Source of the DNA: an uncultured Acidimicrobiaceae bacterium
Lineage (GTDB): Bacteria > Actinomycetota > Acidimicrobiia > Acidimicrobiales > RAAP-2
NCBI GenBank assembly: GCA_963849705.1
Contig: CAWKII010000001.1
Coordinates: 89,681-153,680 of the forward strand
DNA: 64,000 bases
Direction: 5' to 3'
Below are positions 39,943 through 49,232 of this stretch, piece after piece; the first letter of the stretch is position 1, and each line of letters starts with the position of its first letter. The notes under the pieces are model-generated. The model was given only the letters and a program-made list of their open reading frames with translations. It did not search any database and was not told the DNA's origin. Both the position numbers and the translations under genes were made by a program.

Positions 39943-40527
39943 GTGAACGTAGGGACGTTTCTTGGCATCTTCGCCCTGATGTTCCTCCTCGAACTTCCTG
40001 ACAAGACGATGATCGCCACGATCATCATGAGTACCAAGGCCCGCCCCTCGTCGATCGTCATCGGCGCCTCGGCCGGCTTCGTGGTACAGATGGGGATTGC
40101 CGTCGGCGCCGGCGGCCTCCTCACGCTCCTTCCCGTGCACGTGAAGGACGTGATCGTGGCGGTGCTGTTTCTCGCGGGCGCGGGCTACCTCTTGCTCTCT
40201 CGCGAGAGTACCGCCGAAAAAAAAGGCGCTGAAGAGGCACGCAGCGAGAAACCGTCCACCCGGAGTCGAGAGATTGCCACGGCCTTCGGCGTCATCTTCG
40301 TCAGTGAGTTCGGCGACCTCACCCAGATTCAGGCGGCCAACTTCGCAGCGAAGACCCACGAACTCCTCGGTGTCTTCGTCGCCGCCTCCCTGGCTCTCAT
40401 CTGTGTCTCGTTCCTCGGGGCGTACGGCGGGCAGTTCTTACAGCGCATCGTCCCCGTGACGTGGATACGCCTCATCGGAGGCCTCATCTTCGCCGCGCTG
40501 GGCATCTACACCTTGGTCCGCCTATGA
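39943..40527 (+). CDS. TMEM165/GDT1 (UPF0016) Mn/Ca transporter
   Basis: Two-repeat membrane topology with ELPDKT and EFGDLTQ motifs. Confidence 0.88.
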   Translation: MNVGTFLGIFALMFLLELPDKTMIATIIMSTKARPSSIVIGASAGFVVQMGIAVGAGGLLTLLPVHVKDVIVAVLFLAGAGYLLLSRESTAEKKGAEEARSEKPSTRSREIATAFGVIFVSEFGDLTQIQAANFAAKTHELLGVFVAASLALICVSFLGAYGGQFLQRIVPVTWIRLIGGLIFAALGIYTLVRL

Positions 40528-41165
40528 GCGTTACTCGTCGCAACGAGTTGTTGAACCTGGCCGAGAGAGCGAAGGGCTTCATGCCGCGTGACGAGGGCCT
40601 CGCACTCTTCTCCTTCGCGCTCGAACTGGGTGAGCGCATTCCTTCGAGCACGTGGCTCGAAGTGGGCGCGTGGTGTGGCAAGTCCGCCCTCTACCTAGGC
40701 GCGGCGGCCGAGGCGACCAAGAGCGTGCTCTACTCACTCGATCATCATCACGGCAGCGAGGAGAACCAGGAGGGCTGGGAGCACTTTGATCCCTCCCTCG
40801 TCGACCCGCGTGACGGACGCCTCAACACCCTGCCCACCTGGCAGCGCACAATTGCCGACGCCCGTTTAGAAGAGACGGTGATCGGACTCGTCGGCCACTC
40901 CTCCGTCGTCGCTCGTCACTTCGCCCAGCCACTCGAGCTCCTCTTCATCGATGGCGGGCACGGACACGACGCCGCCTGGAGCGACTACCGCGACTGGTCG
41001 CCCAAGGTGGTGGTCGGTGGAGTGCTCCTCATCCACGACGTCTTCCCTAACCCCGAGGACGGGGGACGCCCGCCCTACGAGATCTATCTGGCCGCCCTTG
41101 AGAGCACGACCTTCGTCGACGTAGCGAACGAGGGCTCGCTGCGAGCCCTACGACGCGTTCGTTGA
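40524..41165 (+). CDS. Class I SAM methyltransferase (Methyltransf_24 type), MMP MeT1-like
   Basis: LEVGAWCGKS, SLDHHHGSEE, LFIDGGH and IHDVF..P.DGG.PPY. ATGA overlap with the GDT1 gene. Confidence 0.85.
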   Translation: MSVTRRNELLNLAERAKGFMPRDEGLALFSFALELGERIPSSTWLEVGAWCGKSALYLGAAAEATKSVLYSLDHHHGSEENQEGWEHFDPSLVDPRDGRLNTLPTWQRTIADARLEETVIGLVGHSSVVARHFAQPLELLFIDGGHGHDAAWSDYRDWSPKVVVGGVLLIHDVFPNPEDGGRPPYEIYLAALESTTFVDVANEGSLRALRRVR

Positions 41166-42236
41166 GCGAAGCGGACAGCCCGGTTCGGGCAGGTCGAGCG
41201 GCGAGGTCAGCTCGCCGTGACGGAAGATTCCCGCCGCCCCGGACGAGGAGGTCAACGCGTCGGCCGCCAAGATTATCGCCGCCGCGGTGTAGGACGTGAC
41301 CTCGTGAGGGGGGAAGGTCACGCCGCCGGGGTAGGCGATGCCCGTCACGTACGCGCCGTCATCGCGTCGATGCAGACGGGTGCAGGCGAAGAGGTCGAGG
41401 GCCTCGCTCGTGTGGCCCAGCGCGTCGAGGGCCAGCACGCACTCCGCCGTTTCGGCGGCCGTCACCCAGTCGTTGGTCGAGACGCAGCGCACGCCGAGAC
41501 CGTCCATCACGTGGCGCTCCCAGCCGTCGCTCAGGCGCTTCTCGCCGCCGGCTCCACGAAGCGCTCCACAGAAGATCGGGTAGTACCAGTCCATGGCGAA
41601 CTCGTTCTTCGGGGCGAACGCTCCGGGGTGATGGGCCACGGCGTGTCCCAGGCGTGCCGCGGCCAGCTCCCACTCGGGCCTCGCCGAGTCGAGTCGCTCG
41701 GCGAGCGCGACGGCACAACAGATCGAGTGAAAGATGGACGACGAACCGCTCAAGAGGGCGTAGCTCTCGGGGTGTCCCTGCGCGTCGAGGGACCAGCGGA
41801 TCGTGCCGTCACCCATCTGCCAGCGCAACACGAAGTCCATCGCCTTTTCCACCACGGGCCAGAGTTGGGCGGCGAAGTCCACGTCGTTCGTCGCCAGCAC
41901 GTAGTGGTAGAGGCCAGCCGCCACGTAGGCGCACACGTTGGTGTCGAGGCGGGTGTCCTTCGGTCGCGCCCCCACGTAGTAGTTGAACCAGCTGCCGTCG
42001 CCGAGTTGGGTGTCGGCCAACCAGCGATAGGCCGCGCGCGCCTCGTTGCGGTAGCCCGTGACCGTTAGGGCCATCGCCACCTCCACGTGGTTCCACGGGT
42101 CGCAGTGTCCGCCCACGAACCAGGGGATCTGGCCGCTGCGAACCTGCAGGGACGCGAGGTAGCGCGCCGTATCGGCCAGCTCCTCGCTCGTCATCACGCC
42201 GGGTACGCCGCCGAGCGATCTCGTGGTTGAGCTCAC
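41148..42236 (-). CDS. Alpha6/alpha6-barrel ('prenyltransferase/squalene oxidase repeat') protein, candidate MMP hydrolase MmpH-like
   Basis: IPWF.GGH.DPWNHVE.AMAL, QLGDGSW, DTN..AY.A.G, FAMDWYYP and WVTAAETAEC. No DxDD cyclase motif seen. Confidence 0.75.
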   Translation of the reverse strand: MSSTTRSLGGVPGVMTSEELADTARYLASLQVRSGQIPWFVGGHCDPWNHVEVAMALTVTGYRNEARAAYRWLADTQLGDGSWFNYYVGARPKDTRLDTNVCAYVAAGLYHYVLATNDVDFAAQLWPVVEKAMDFVLRWQMGDGTIRWSLDAQGHPESYALLSGSSSIFHSICCAVALAERLDSARPEWELAAARLGHAVAHHPGAFAPKNEFAMDWYYPIFCGALRGAGGEKRLSDGWERHVMDGLGVRCVSTNDWVTAAETAECVLALDALGHTSEALDLFACTRLHRRDDGAYVTGIAYPGGVTFPPHEVTSYTAAAIILAADALTSSSGAAGIFRHGELTSPLDLPEPGCPLRSTNAS

Positions 42237-42949
42237 TGGGGTTTTCGCAGGTACAGGACGAGGGACTTACCCATGACGGGCGAAAGGACCTGCTCGGCGT
42301 ATCTCGTGAGGGCGGGCTTTTTCATGATGTCCCAGACCAGCAGCTGGTGGTAGCGCTTCACCAGTGGGTGCTCGTCGTTGGTCGTGCCGACGTAGCACTT
42401 GAGCCACCAGTAGGGGCTGTGCAGGCCGTGGGCGTAGTGGTGTCCCGTGACGACCATGCCGGTCGAGGTGAGACGCTGGGCGAGCACCGAGCGGCGATAG
42501 ATGCGGATGTGCCCCCCGGGCACGCTGTGGTACTCGTCCGAGATCGCCCAGTTGATGAGCTCGGGCCCAAAGCGCGGCACGGTAATGGCCATGGTGCCAC
42601 CGGGTCGAAGAACGCGCGCGAGTTCGCGCATGGCCGAGAGGTCGTCAGGGATGTGCTCTAAGACCTCAGAACAGATCACCCGATCAAACGCTCCGTCGGG
42701 AAAGGGCAGGTGCAGGGCGTCACCCTGGACGACGTGGGCGTGAACGGACCCCTCGGCCAGTTCTCCCGCCTCGAGCATGGCGAGAAACATGGCGGCCACG
42801 CCGTTCACTTCGTCGCGCCCAGCGTCGAGTGCCACCACGCTGGCGCCTCGTCGGGCCGCCTCAAAGGCGTGGCGCCCGAAGCCGCAACCGAGGTCGAGCA
42901 CCTTGTCGCCGCGTTGGAGGCCCAGTCGCTCGTACTTAGCGGTCAGCAT
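42233..42949 (-). CDS. Class I SAM methyltransferase (Methyltransf_11 type)
   Basis: VLDLGCGFGRH, GDALHLPFPDGAFD..ICSEVLEH, LRPGG, GGHIRIY and HGLHSPYWWLKC. Confidence 0.9.
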   Translation of the reverse strand: MLTAKYERLGLQRGDKVLDLGCGFGRHAFEAARRGASVVALDAGRDEVNGVAAMFLAMLEAGELAEGSVHAHVVQGDALHLPFPDGAFDRVICSEVLEHIPDDLSAMRELARVLRPGGTMAITVPRFGPELINWAISDEYHSVPGGHIRIYRRSVLAQRLTSTGMVVTGHHYAHGLHSPYWWLKCYVGTTNDEHPLVKRYHQLLVWDIMKKPALTRYAEQVLSPVMGKSLVLYLRKPQ

Positions 42950-44319
42950 CAGTCAAAGATCATGGAGTCGGGCAGCGCCCGACCGTTCAGAATCGCGTCG
43001 TAACACGCCGCCGTGCCGCGCGCCGTGACCTGCCACGTGAAGCGCTCGATGACGCGCTGACGCCCGGCGGCGCCGAGTCGCTCGCGCAGGTCGTCGTCGT
43101 CGAGCAGTGACCGGATGGCGTCCACCAGTGCTTCGGGGTTATTGGGCTCCACCAACAGACCGGTCTGCCCGCTCGTGCCGACCACCTCAGGCAGGGCTCC
43201 CCCGGTCGTCGCCACCACCGGCACGCCACAACTCATGGCCTCGATCGCCGGGAGGGAGAACCCTTCGTAGAGGCTGGGCACGATGGCGATCTCCGCCTCG
43301 CCGTAGAGGCGCGCGAGCTCTTCGTCGCTGACGCCAGAGATGGTGGTGACGATGTCGGTGAGCCCGAGACGCTCCAGCGCCTTCGCCACGCGCCCTCCCT
43401 TCTGCGGTTGACCGATGACGATGAGATCCACCTCGCGCTCAGCGCGGAGCTTGGCGATGGCCTCGAGGAGCGGTACGAGTCCCTTCATGGGCACGTCGCT
43501 GCTCGTCGTCACCATCAGTCGGCCCTTCTTCTTCACGACGTCGGCGTAGGGCTTGAAGACGTCGGCGTCAACGCCCACCGGCACGACCGTGAGGCGATCG
43601 AGAGGGACACCCATCTGGGCGTGAATGTCCGCTTTGGAGTTATGCGACACCGTGAGGACCGCGGGCAGCTGCTTGAGGACGCGGACCTGCATGCGCAGAA
43701 ATCCGAACCAGCGGCGCGTGGTCCACCGCTTGAATCTCGTTTCAGCGTGATCGAGCGCGATGGAGCGATCGACGGTGATCGGGTGGTGCAGGGTCTCAAG
43801 GAGGGGCCAGCCTTGACGGTGCAACTTCAAGATCCCCGGTCCGATGCACTGGTCATCGTGAATGATGTCGAAGTCACCTCGTCGATGTCGCAACAGTTTC
43901 GCCGCCCGTAACGAGTAGGCAAACGGCTCACCGAAGCCCGAACTCAACATGATGGCGAACTCACTGACGTCGGCGAAGGACGTGAACTCCGAGCGCGCAG
44001 GAACTCGAAACGGGTCGGGGTGGCGATAAAGATCCAGGCCGCGAACCGGGGTGAAGCCCACGCCCTCATCGAGTTCGGGCCACGGGGGACCCGAAAAGAC
44101 CTCCACGCTGTGTCCGAGCGCCACCAGCTCACGAGTCAGGTGCCGGGTGTAGACACCTTGTCCCCCGCAGCGCGGATTGCCCCGGTAGACCAAAAAGGCG
44201 ACGCGGTACTTGCTCGGTTGGGCCGGAGCGGCATCGACGCGAGCGGGCAACGTGAGAGCACGGCTGCGAGCCCACGACGCCTTTGTTTCTGCGATGGTGC
44301 GAGCGAGCGAGCGGGGCAC
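42949..44319 (-). CDS. Glycosyltransferase family 4, candidate MMP mannosyltransferase ManT-like (start uncertain)
   Basis: YRGNPRCGGQGVY, TLHHPITVDR, PVGVD, SSDVPMKG and PSLYEGFSLPAIEAMSCG. Confidence 0.88.
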   Translation of the reverse strand: MPRSLARTIAETKASWARSRALTLPARVDAAPAQPSKYRVAFLVYRGNPRCGGQGVYTRHLTRELVALGHSVEVFSGPPWPELDEGVGFTPVRGLDLYRHPDPFRVPARSEFTSFADVSEFAIMLSSGFGEPFAYSLRAAKLLRHRRGDFDIIHDDQCIGPGILKLHRQGWPLLETLHHPITVDRSIALDHAETRFKRWTTRRWFGFLRMQVRVLKQLPAVLTVSHNSKADIHAQMGVPLDRLTVVPVGVDADVFKPYADVVKKKGRLMVTTSSDVPMKGLVPLLEAIAKLRAEREVDLIVIGQPQKGGRVAKALERLGLTDIVTTISGVSDEELARLYGEAEIAIVPSLYEGFSLPAIEAMSCGVPVVATTGGALPEVVGTSGQTGLLVEPNNPEALVDAIRSLLDDDDLRERLGAAGRQRVIERFTWQVTARGTAACYDAILNGRALPDSMIFD

Positions 44320-44423
44320 GGGGCAACTTTCCTAATTAGAGGGGTCCACCATTCTCCCCGAATTTCTTAAGGGCCACAAATGGCAAGCCCAGCAGCCTAT
44401 TTGGGTGACTACGCTTGCAAATC

Positions 44424-45656
44424 ATGGACCTGACCTACCCCCCAGAAGCTGAATCCTTTCGAAAAGAGATTCGCGCGTGGCTTGAAGAGAACCTGCCGAC
44501 GGGCTGGTTCGAGCCGGGATTCTCCCTGAGCCCCGACGAGCGTCAACAGTTCAACGAGACCTGGACCAAGAAGCTCTTCGACGGCGGATGGATCTGCGCC
44601 GGATGGCCCGTCGAGTACGGAGGCAAGGGGCTGTCGCTGATGGATCAGGTCGTACTCAACGAAGAGTTCGCTAAGGCCAACGCCCCGCTGCGCGCTGACT
44701 TCTTCGGCGACACGCTGGTCGGCCCCACCATCCTCCAGTGGGGCACCGATGAGCAGAAGAAAGAGTTCATCCCCGGCATTTTGGACGGCTCCATCGCGTG
44801 GTGCCAGGGATTCTCCGAACCCAACTCCGGCTCGGACCTCGCGAGTCTGAAGACCTCCGCAGTGCTCGATGGCGACGAGTGGGTCATCAACGGTCAGAAG
44901 GTCTGGACGACGCAGGCCCTGCAGGCGGATTACGTGTTTCTCCTCACTCGCACTGACCCGCACGCGCCCCAGCACGCGGGAATCAGTTACATGCTCGTGC
45001 CCATGCACCAAGACGGCGTGGAGGTGCGTCCCATCACCCAGGTGGACGGCTCGGCCGAGTTCAACGAGGTCTTCTTCACCAACGCACGCTGCCCCAAGGA
45101 CAACGTGGTGGGTGGGGTGAACAACGGGTGGAAGGTCGCCATGACGACGCTCGGGTTTGAGCGGGGATCGTCCTCCACCACCGGATACCGGCGCTTCTTA
45201 AAGGAGTGGGAGTTCATCGTGAAAGAAGCTCGGCGCGTTCACAAGAGTGACGACGAACTGGTGCGCGACGCGCTGGTGAAGGCGTGGTCCAAGGTGAAGA
45301 TCATGGAGATCAACGGCTACCGCTCACTCACCGACGCGCTGAACAACACCCACCACGCCGCACTGCTGGGCGCGTGCAACAAGATGTTCTGGTCCGAGGC
45401 CCATCGCGCCTCGACGGACTTGGCCCTCGACATCGTCGGCATGGAGGCGCAGATCTTGACCGGTACGGGTCGCGTCGAAGGTCCGTCGGGGGTGCTGCGA
45501 CGAGGGCGGGCCGACTACCCCGTCTCGGAACTGCAGGCGGCGTTCTTCTTCTCCAGATCCGAGACGATCTGGGGCGGCACCGCCGAGATTCAGCGCAACA
45601 TCATCGGCGAGCGCGCCCTGGGTCTGCCCAAAGAGCCGAAGCCTCAGCTCGCCTGA
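44424..45656 (+). CDS. Acyl-CoA dehydrogenase (FadE-type)
   Basis: WCQGFSEPNSGSDLASL, INGQKVWT, FNEVFF, GFER and TIWGGTAEIQRNIIGER. Confidence 0.95.
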   Translation: MDLTYPPEAESFRKEIRAWLEENLPTGWFEPGFSLSPDERQQFNETWTKKLFDGGWICAGWPVEYGGKGLSLMDQVVLNEEFAKANAPLRADFFGDTLVGPTILQWGTDEQKKEFIPGILDGSIAWCQGFSEPNSGSDLASLKTSAVLDGDEWVINGQKVWTTQALQADYVFLLTRTDPHAPQHAGISYMLVPMHQDGVEVRPITQVDGSAEFNEVFFTNARCPKDNVVGGVNNGWKVAMTTLGFERGSSSTTGYRRFLKEWEFIVKEARRVHKSDDELVRDALVKAWSKVKIMEINGYRSLTDALNNTHHAALLGACNKMFWSEAHRASTDLALDIVGMEAQILTGTGRVEGPSGVLRRGRADYPVSELQAAFFFSRSETIWGGTAEIQRNIIGERALGLPKEPKPQLA

Positions 45657-45713
45657 GGCGACCGAGCCGGGCGGTACGCTCTCAGCACATACGAGCCGCT
45701 GGCGAGAGGATCC

Positions 45714-46631
45714 GTGGTGTACCGAGTGCCCAATCAAGAAGGAAAGCTCTGCATTGTCACGGGCTCTAACAGCGGCACGGGCAAAGAGGCCGCTCGTCGC
45801 CTGGCTAGCGCGGGGGCGAGCGTCATCATGGCGGTGCGCAACCTCGAGAAGGGTGAGAACGCGCGTAGCGAACTACGGGCCCAGAGTCCCGACGCGCTGT
45901 TGGAGGTGCGCCACCTCGACCTGGCCGATCTCTCGTCCGTGCGCGCCTTCTGCGATCAACTGATCGTCGAGAACAATCCCGTCGACATCCTGCTCAACAA
46001 CGGAGGCGTGATGGCTCCGCCCAAGCGCGCAGTGAGTGTGGACGGCTTCGAACTGCAGTTCGCCACGAACTTTCTGGGACACTTCGTCTTGACACTTCGT
46101 CTCTTGCCCTTGATTCTTTCGGCCGCCGGCCCCTGCGTCACGACGATGAGTAGCGTCGCCGCCCAGTTTGGCCGTATCCGATTCAACGACCTGCAAAGCG
46201 AGCGACACTACATCGCCTATCGTTCCTACGCACAGTCCAAGCTGGCTGACTTGCTCTTCGCACAACAGCTCGCCCGCCTCGCCCACGAACGCAACTGGGA
46301 CCTCATGAGTAACGCCGCTCACCCGGGCCTCACCCGGACCAACCTCTTGAACGCACGATTGAACGTGGGGCAAAGTACCGAGCGGACCTCGATCCAGACG
46401 CGGCTCGCCCCCTCGCAGAGCGTCGAGCAAGGCGTCGAGCCGATGCTGTACGCCGCCACCAGCCCCGACGCCATTAGCGGCGCCTACTACGGGCCCCGGG
46501 GACTCTTCGCCCTGGCGGGCGCGACCACGTTGGTCAAGGCCCCGCGCAGTGCGCGCAAGCCCGAGACGGCGCAGCGACTATGGGAGGTCGCCGAAGCGCT
46601 GAGCGGCGAAAGCCTGCCCGCCGAGTTGTAG
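45714..46631 (+). CDS. SDR oxidoreductase (retinol dehydrogenase-like)
   Basis: VTGSNSGTG, LDLADL, NNGG, NFLGHF, YAQSK and AHPG. Confidence 0.92.
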   Translation: MVYRVPNQEGKLCIVTGSNSGTGKEAARRLASAGASVIMAVRNLEKGENARSELRAQSPDALLEVRHLDLADLSSVRAFCDQLIVENNPVDILLNNGGVMAPPKRAVSVDGFELQFATNFLGHFVLTLRLLPLILSAAGPCVTTMSSVAAQFGRIRFNDLQSERHYIAYRSYAQSKLADLLFAQQLARLAHERNWDLMSNAAHPGLTRTNLLNARLNVGQSTERTSIQTRLAPSQSVEQGVEPMLYAATSPDAISGAYYGPRGLFALAGATTLVKAPRSARKPETAQRLWEVAEALSGESLPAEL

Positions 46632-46633
46632 TC

Positions 46634-46963
46634 CTAGATCTGCCGGTATCGCGGCACGTAGCCGCCCGTACCGAGCAGCGAGGAGTCCTCTGGGTCGATC
46701 GAATCATCGAGGCCACCGAGGACTTGTGTGACCCACGGGAGTCGATCCGTCAAAATTCGCGTGACGCCACCTTGAAGGGTGTCCGTCGAGATGGCGCAAC
46801 TCGAGCAGGCCCCGCCTAGTTGCACCTCGACGACGCCCGCGTCGACGTCACAGCGCACCAATACGAGGTCCCCACCGTCGGCTTGAACCGATGGGCGCAT
46901 GAGTTCAATCAACGCGTTCAACGCCGACAGTCGACTCGCCCGCTCTTGATCGGTCAGTTCCAT
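46634..46963 (-). CDS. NifU/Nfu-type Fe-S carrier, single domain
   Basis: RPSVQADGGD and LGGACSSC (CxxC). Confidence 0.88.
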   Translation of the reverse strand: MELTDQERASRLSALNALIELMRPSVQADGGDLVLVRCDVDAGVVEVQLGGACSSCAISTDTLQGGVTRILTDRLPWVTQVLGGLDDSIDPEDSSLLGTGGYVPRYRQI

Positions 46964-47027
46964 GTCCCTAGTCTGCCGGGAAAAAGTGATGCCGTGCCCG
47001 AGGGAGCTCTATTACTACTATGAGCAG

Positions 47028-48296
47028 GTGACTGAGCCCACGTCTACTCTGAGCCTCAGCGACATCGACGTTTCGTCCACGGATTTTTGGCGACGACCGT
47101 GGAGAGAACGCGACGAGGCTTTCGCCACCCTTCGTCGAGAGCAGCCCATCGGTCACTACGACGAGCCGGTGCTCCAAGATTCTGCCATTGAGTTTCCCAA
47201 GGGCGACGGCTTTTACGCCTTGACGCGCCATCGAGACGTAGCCGAAGCGACGCGCCATCCCGAGGTCTTTCTCTCGGGACACGGCACCGTCACCATGTTC
47301 GACCTTCCGCCGGAGATGGTCGAGTACTTCTCGGGCATGATCTCGACCGACAATCCGAAACACGCGCGACTTCGCCGCATCGTCTCCAACGCCTTTAGCC
47401 CCAAGAACATCCAACGGGTGGAAGAGTCCATCGAACGGGTGGCCGACGAGGTGATCACCCGGGCTCGTCGCGACGGGACGGGCGACTTCGTGCTCGACAT
47501 CGCCGCGCCGTATCCCTTGGAGATCATCTGCACGATGATGGGCGTGCCGAAGAGCGAGTACGCCACCGTCCTTCGCTGCTCGAACACCATCATCTCGAAC
47601 GGCGACCCGGAGTACATTCCGCCGGGGAACGACCCCGTCGTCGCGTTCTTGGAGTCCGCGATGACCCTGACCGGCATCATGGAAGACCTCGGAAAGTTTC
47701 GCATCGATCAACCGATCGACGACGTGACGAGCGCCCTGGTCAACGCCGAGGTGGAGTCGGAGAAGCTCACCCAACAAGAGTTGGCCTCGTTTTTCGTGTT
47801 GTTAGTCATCGCCGGAAGCGAGACGACGCGAACGGCCCTGGCCCACGCCCTGCACGCCTTTAGTGAGTTCCCCGAACAACAGCAACGCCTGGCGAGTGAC
47901 TTCCCCTCACTCGCCAAAACGGCGACCGACGAAATAGTGCGCTGGGCCTCTCCGGTCACCTTCACTCGCCGCACCCTGGCGAGCGACTACACCCTCTCGG
48001 GCTTCGACCTCAAAACGGGCGAGAACGTCGTCATGTTCTACAACTCCGCCAATCGCGATGAAGAGGTGTTCATCGATCCCTTCTCCTTCGATGTCGGACG
48101 GACCCCGAACGATCACTTTGGCTTCGGGGCGCCCGGTCCACACTTCTGCCTCGGCGCGCACTTAGCTCGTCGTGAGATCATGGTCATGTGGCGAGAGTTA
48201 CTCTCTCGCACGCCCGGCATTCACGCTACCGGCGCGCCGGTGCAACTCGCCTCGAACTTCATCAACGGCGTCAAGCACCTCGAGTACAGCTTTTAG
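47028..48296 (+). CDS. Cytochrome P450 (CYP124/125-like)
   Basis: AGSETT, EIVR (ExxR) and FGAPGPHFCLG heme ligand. GTG start lies 6 nt after TACTAT. Confidence 0.95.
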   Translation: MTEPTSTLSLSDIDVSSTDFWRRPWRERDEAFATLRREQPIGHYDEPVLQDSAIEFPKGDGFYALTRHRDVAEATRHPEVFLSGHGTVTMFDLPPEMVEYFSGMISTDNPKHARLRRIVSNAFSPKNIQRVEESIERVADEVITRARRDGTGDFVLDIAAPYPLEIICTMMGVPKSEYATVLRCSNTIISNGDPEYIPPGNDPVVAFLESAMTLTGIMEDLGKFRIDQPIDDVTSALVNAEVESEKLTQQELASFFVLLVIAGSETTRTALAHALHAFSEFPEQQQRLASDFPSLAKTATDEIVRWASPVTFTRRTLASDYTLSGFDLKTGENVVMFYNSANRDEEVFIDPFSFDVGRTPNDHFGFGAPGPHFCLGAHLARREIMVMWRELLSRTPGIHATGAPVQLASNFINGVKHLEYSF

Positions 48297-48643
48297 GCCT
48301 GTCGAGCGGCCAGTGCTTCGTCGAAGACCCGCAACGCCCGCGGTCCCCACACCGTGCCCGGCCCGCCGTTCAGCGTGATCGCTACGCCGATCATCTCGGC
48401 CACCTGTTGACGGCTCACGCCGGCCCGCACACACCCTCGCGCGTGCGCGACCATGCACCCGTCGCACTCTCGAGTGATAGCGATAGCGAGCGCGATGAGT
48501 TCCTTCGTTGCGACCGACAACTCGCCTTCCGCCACGGCGGCCGACGACATCGTCGCGTACGCCTTCATCACGTCGGGAATGAGCCCTCGAAGATCGATCG
48601 AGGGCTGGCGAAGCTCTTCGCGAATCTGATCCATCCCGTCCAT
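48293..48643 (-). CDS. Carboxymuconolactone decarboxylase/AhpD-like protein
   Basis: KELIALAIA..ECDGCMVAH (CxxCxxxH) and GGPG. GAAGGAGG RBS precedes ATG 48643. Confidence 0.88.
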   Translation of the reverse strand: MDGMDQIREELRQPSIDLRGLIPDVMKAYATMSSAAVAEGELSVATKELIALAIAITRECDGCMVAHARGCVRAGVSRQQVAEMIGVAITLNGGPGTVWGPRALRVFDEALAARQA

Positions 48644-48718
48644 ACCTACCTCCTTCTGCGAGCGTAGCGAGTCGCCTGGGGCCACAGGGCCTCGCAGGGA
48701 CTTTCGTAAGATGACTCG

Positions 48719-49213
48719 ATGACCGTCATCGATGAACTGCTCGCGCACAATCGCCGCTACGTCGAGCGACACGGACACCGCGAACTCGCCACCTCGCCGA
48801 AACTCCACCTGGCCGTTCTCACCTGCATGGACTCTCGGCTCGATCTCTTTGGCGCCCTCGGGCTCGACCTCGGCGAAGTCCACCTCGTGCGCAACGCCGG
48901 CGGAATCGCCACGGACGACGCCGTCCGCTCGCTCTTACTCAGTCAACGACTACTCGGCACGACGTCGGTGATGGTGATTCACCACACCCGCTGCGGACTG
49001 GAGACCTTCGACGAAGAGTCCTTGCAGGAGGACCTCACCGCGTCCTTCGGGGTTCGCCCACCTTTTCGACTCGGCGCCTACCGCGACGTGGACGAGGACG
49101 TTCGTTCCACGGTGACGACGCTTCGCGAGAGCCCGTTCATCGACGCCAGCGAGATACGGGGCTTCGTGTTCGACGTCGACGACGGTGCGCTGCGCGAGGT
49201 CTTCGTCCCTTAG
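48719..49213 (+). CDS. Beta-class carbonic anhydrase (short type)
   Basis: TCMDSR, RNAGG and HHTRCG zinc ligands. Confidence 0.93.
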   Translation: MTVIDELLAHNRRYVERHGHRELATSPKLHLAVLTCMDSRLDLFGALGLDLGEVHLVRNAGGIATDDAVRSLLLSQRLLGTTSVMVIHHTRCGLETFDEESLQEDLTASFGVRPPFRLGAYRDVDEDVRSTVTTLRESPFIDASEIRGFVFDVDDGALREVFVP

Positions 49214-49232
49214 TCCCTGGCAACGCCGCGAG

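Noticed and set aside
44320-44423. KstR/KstR2 operator before the acyl-CoA dehydrogenase
   Set aside because: No match to TnnAACnnGTTnnA or AnCAAGnnCTTGnT. Only a short CTAATTAG palindrome is present.
44409-45011. 200-aa antisense ORF with protein-like composition
   Set aside because: It is a shadow of the acyl-CoA dehydrogenase. High-GC third-position bias keeps the antisense frame open, and it has no motifs.
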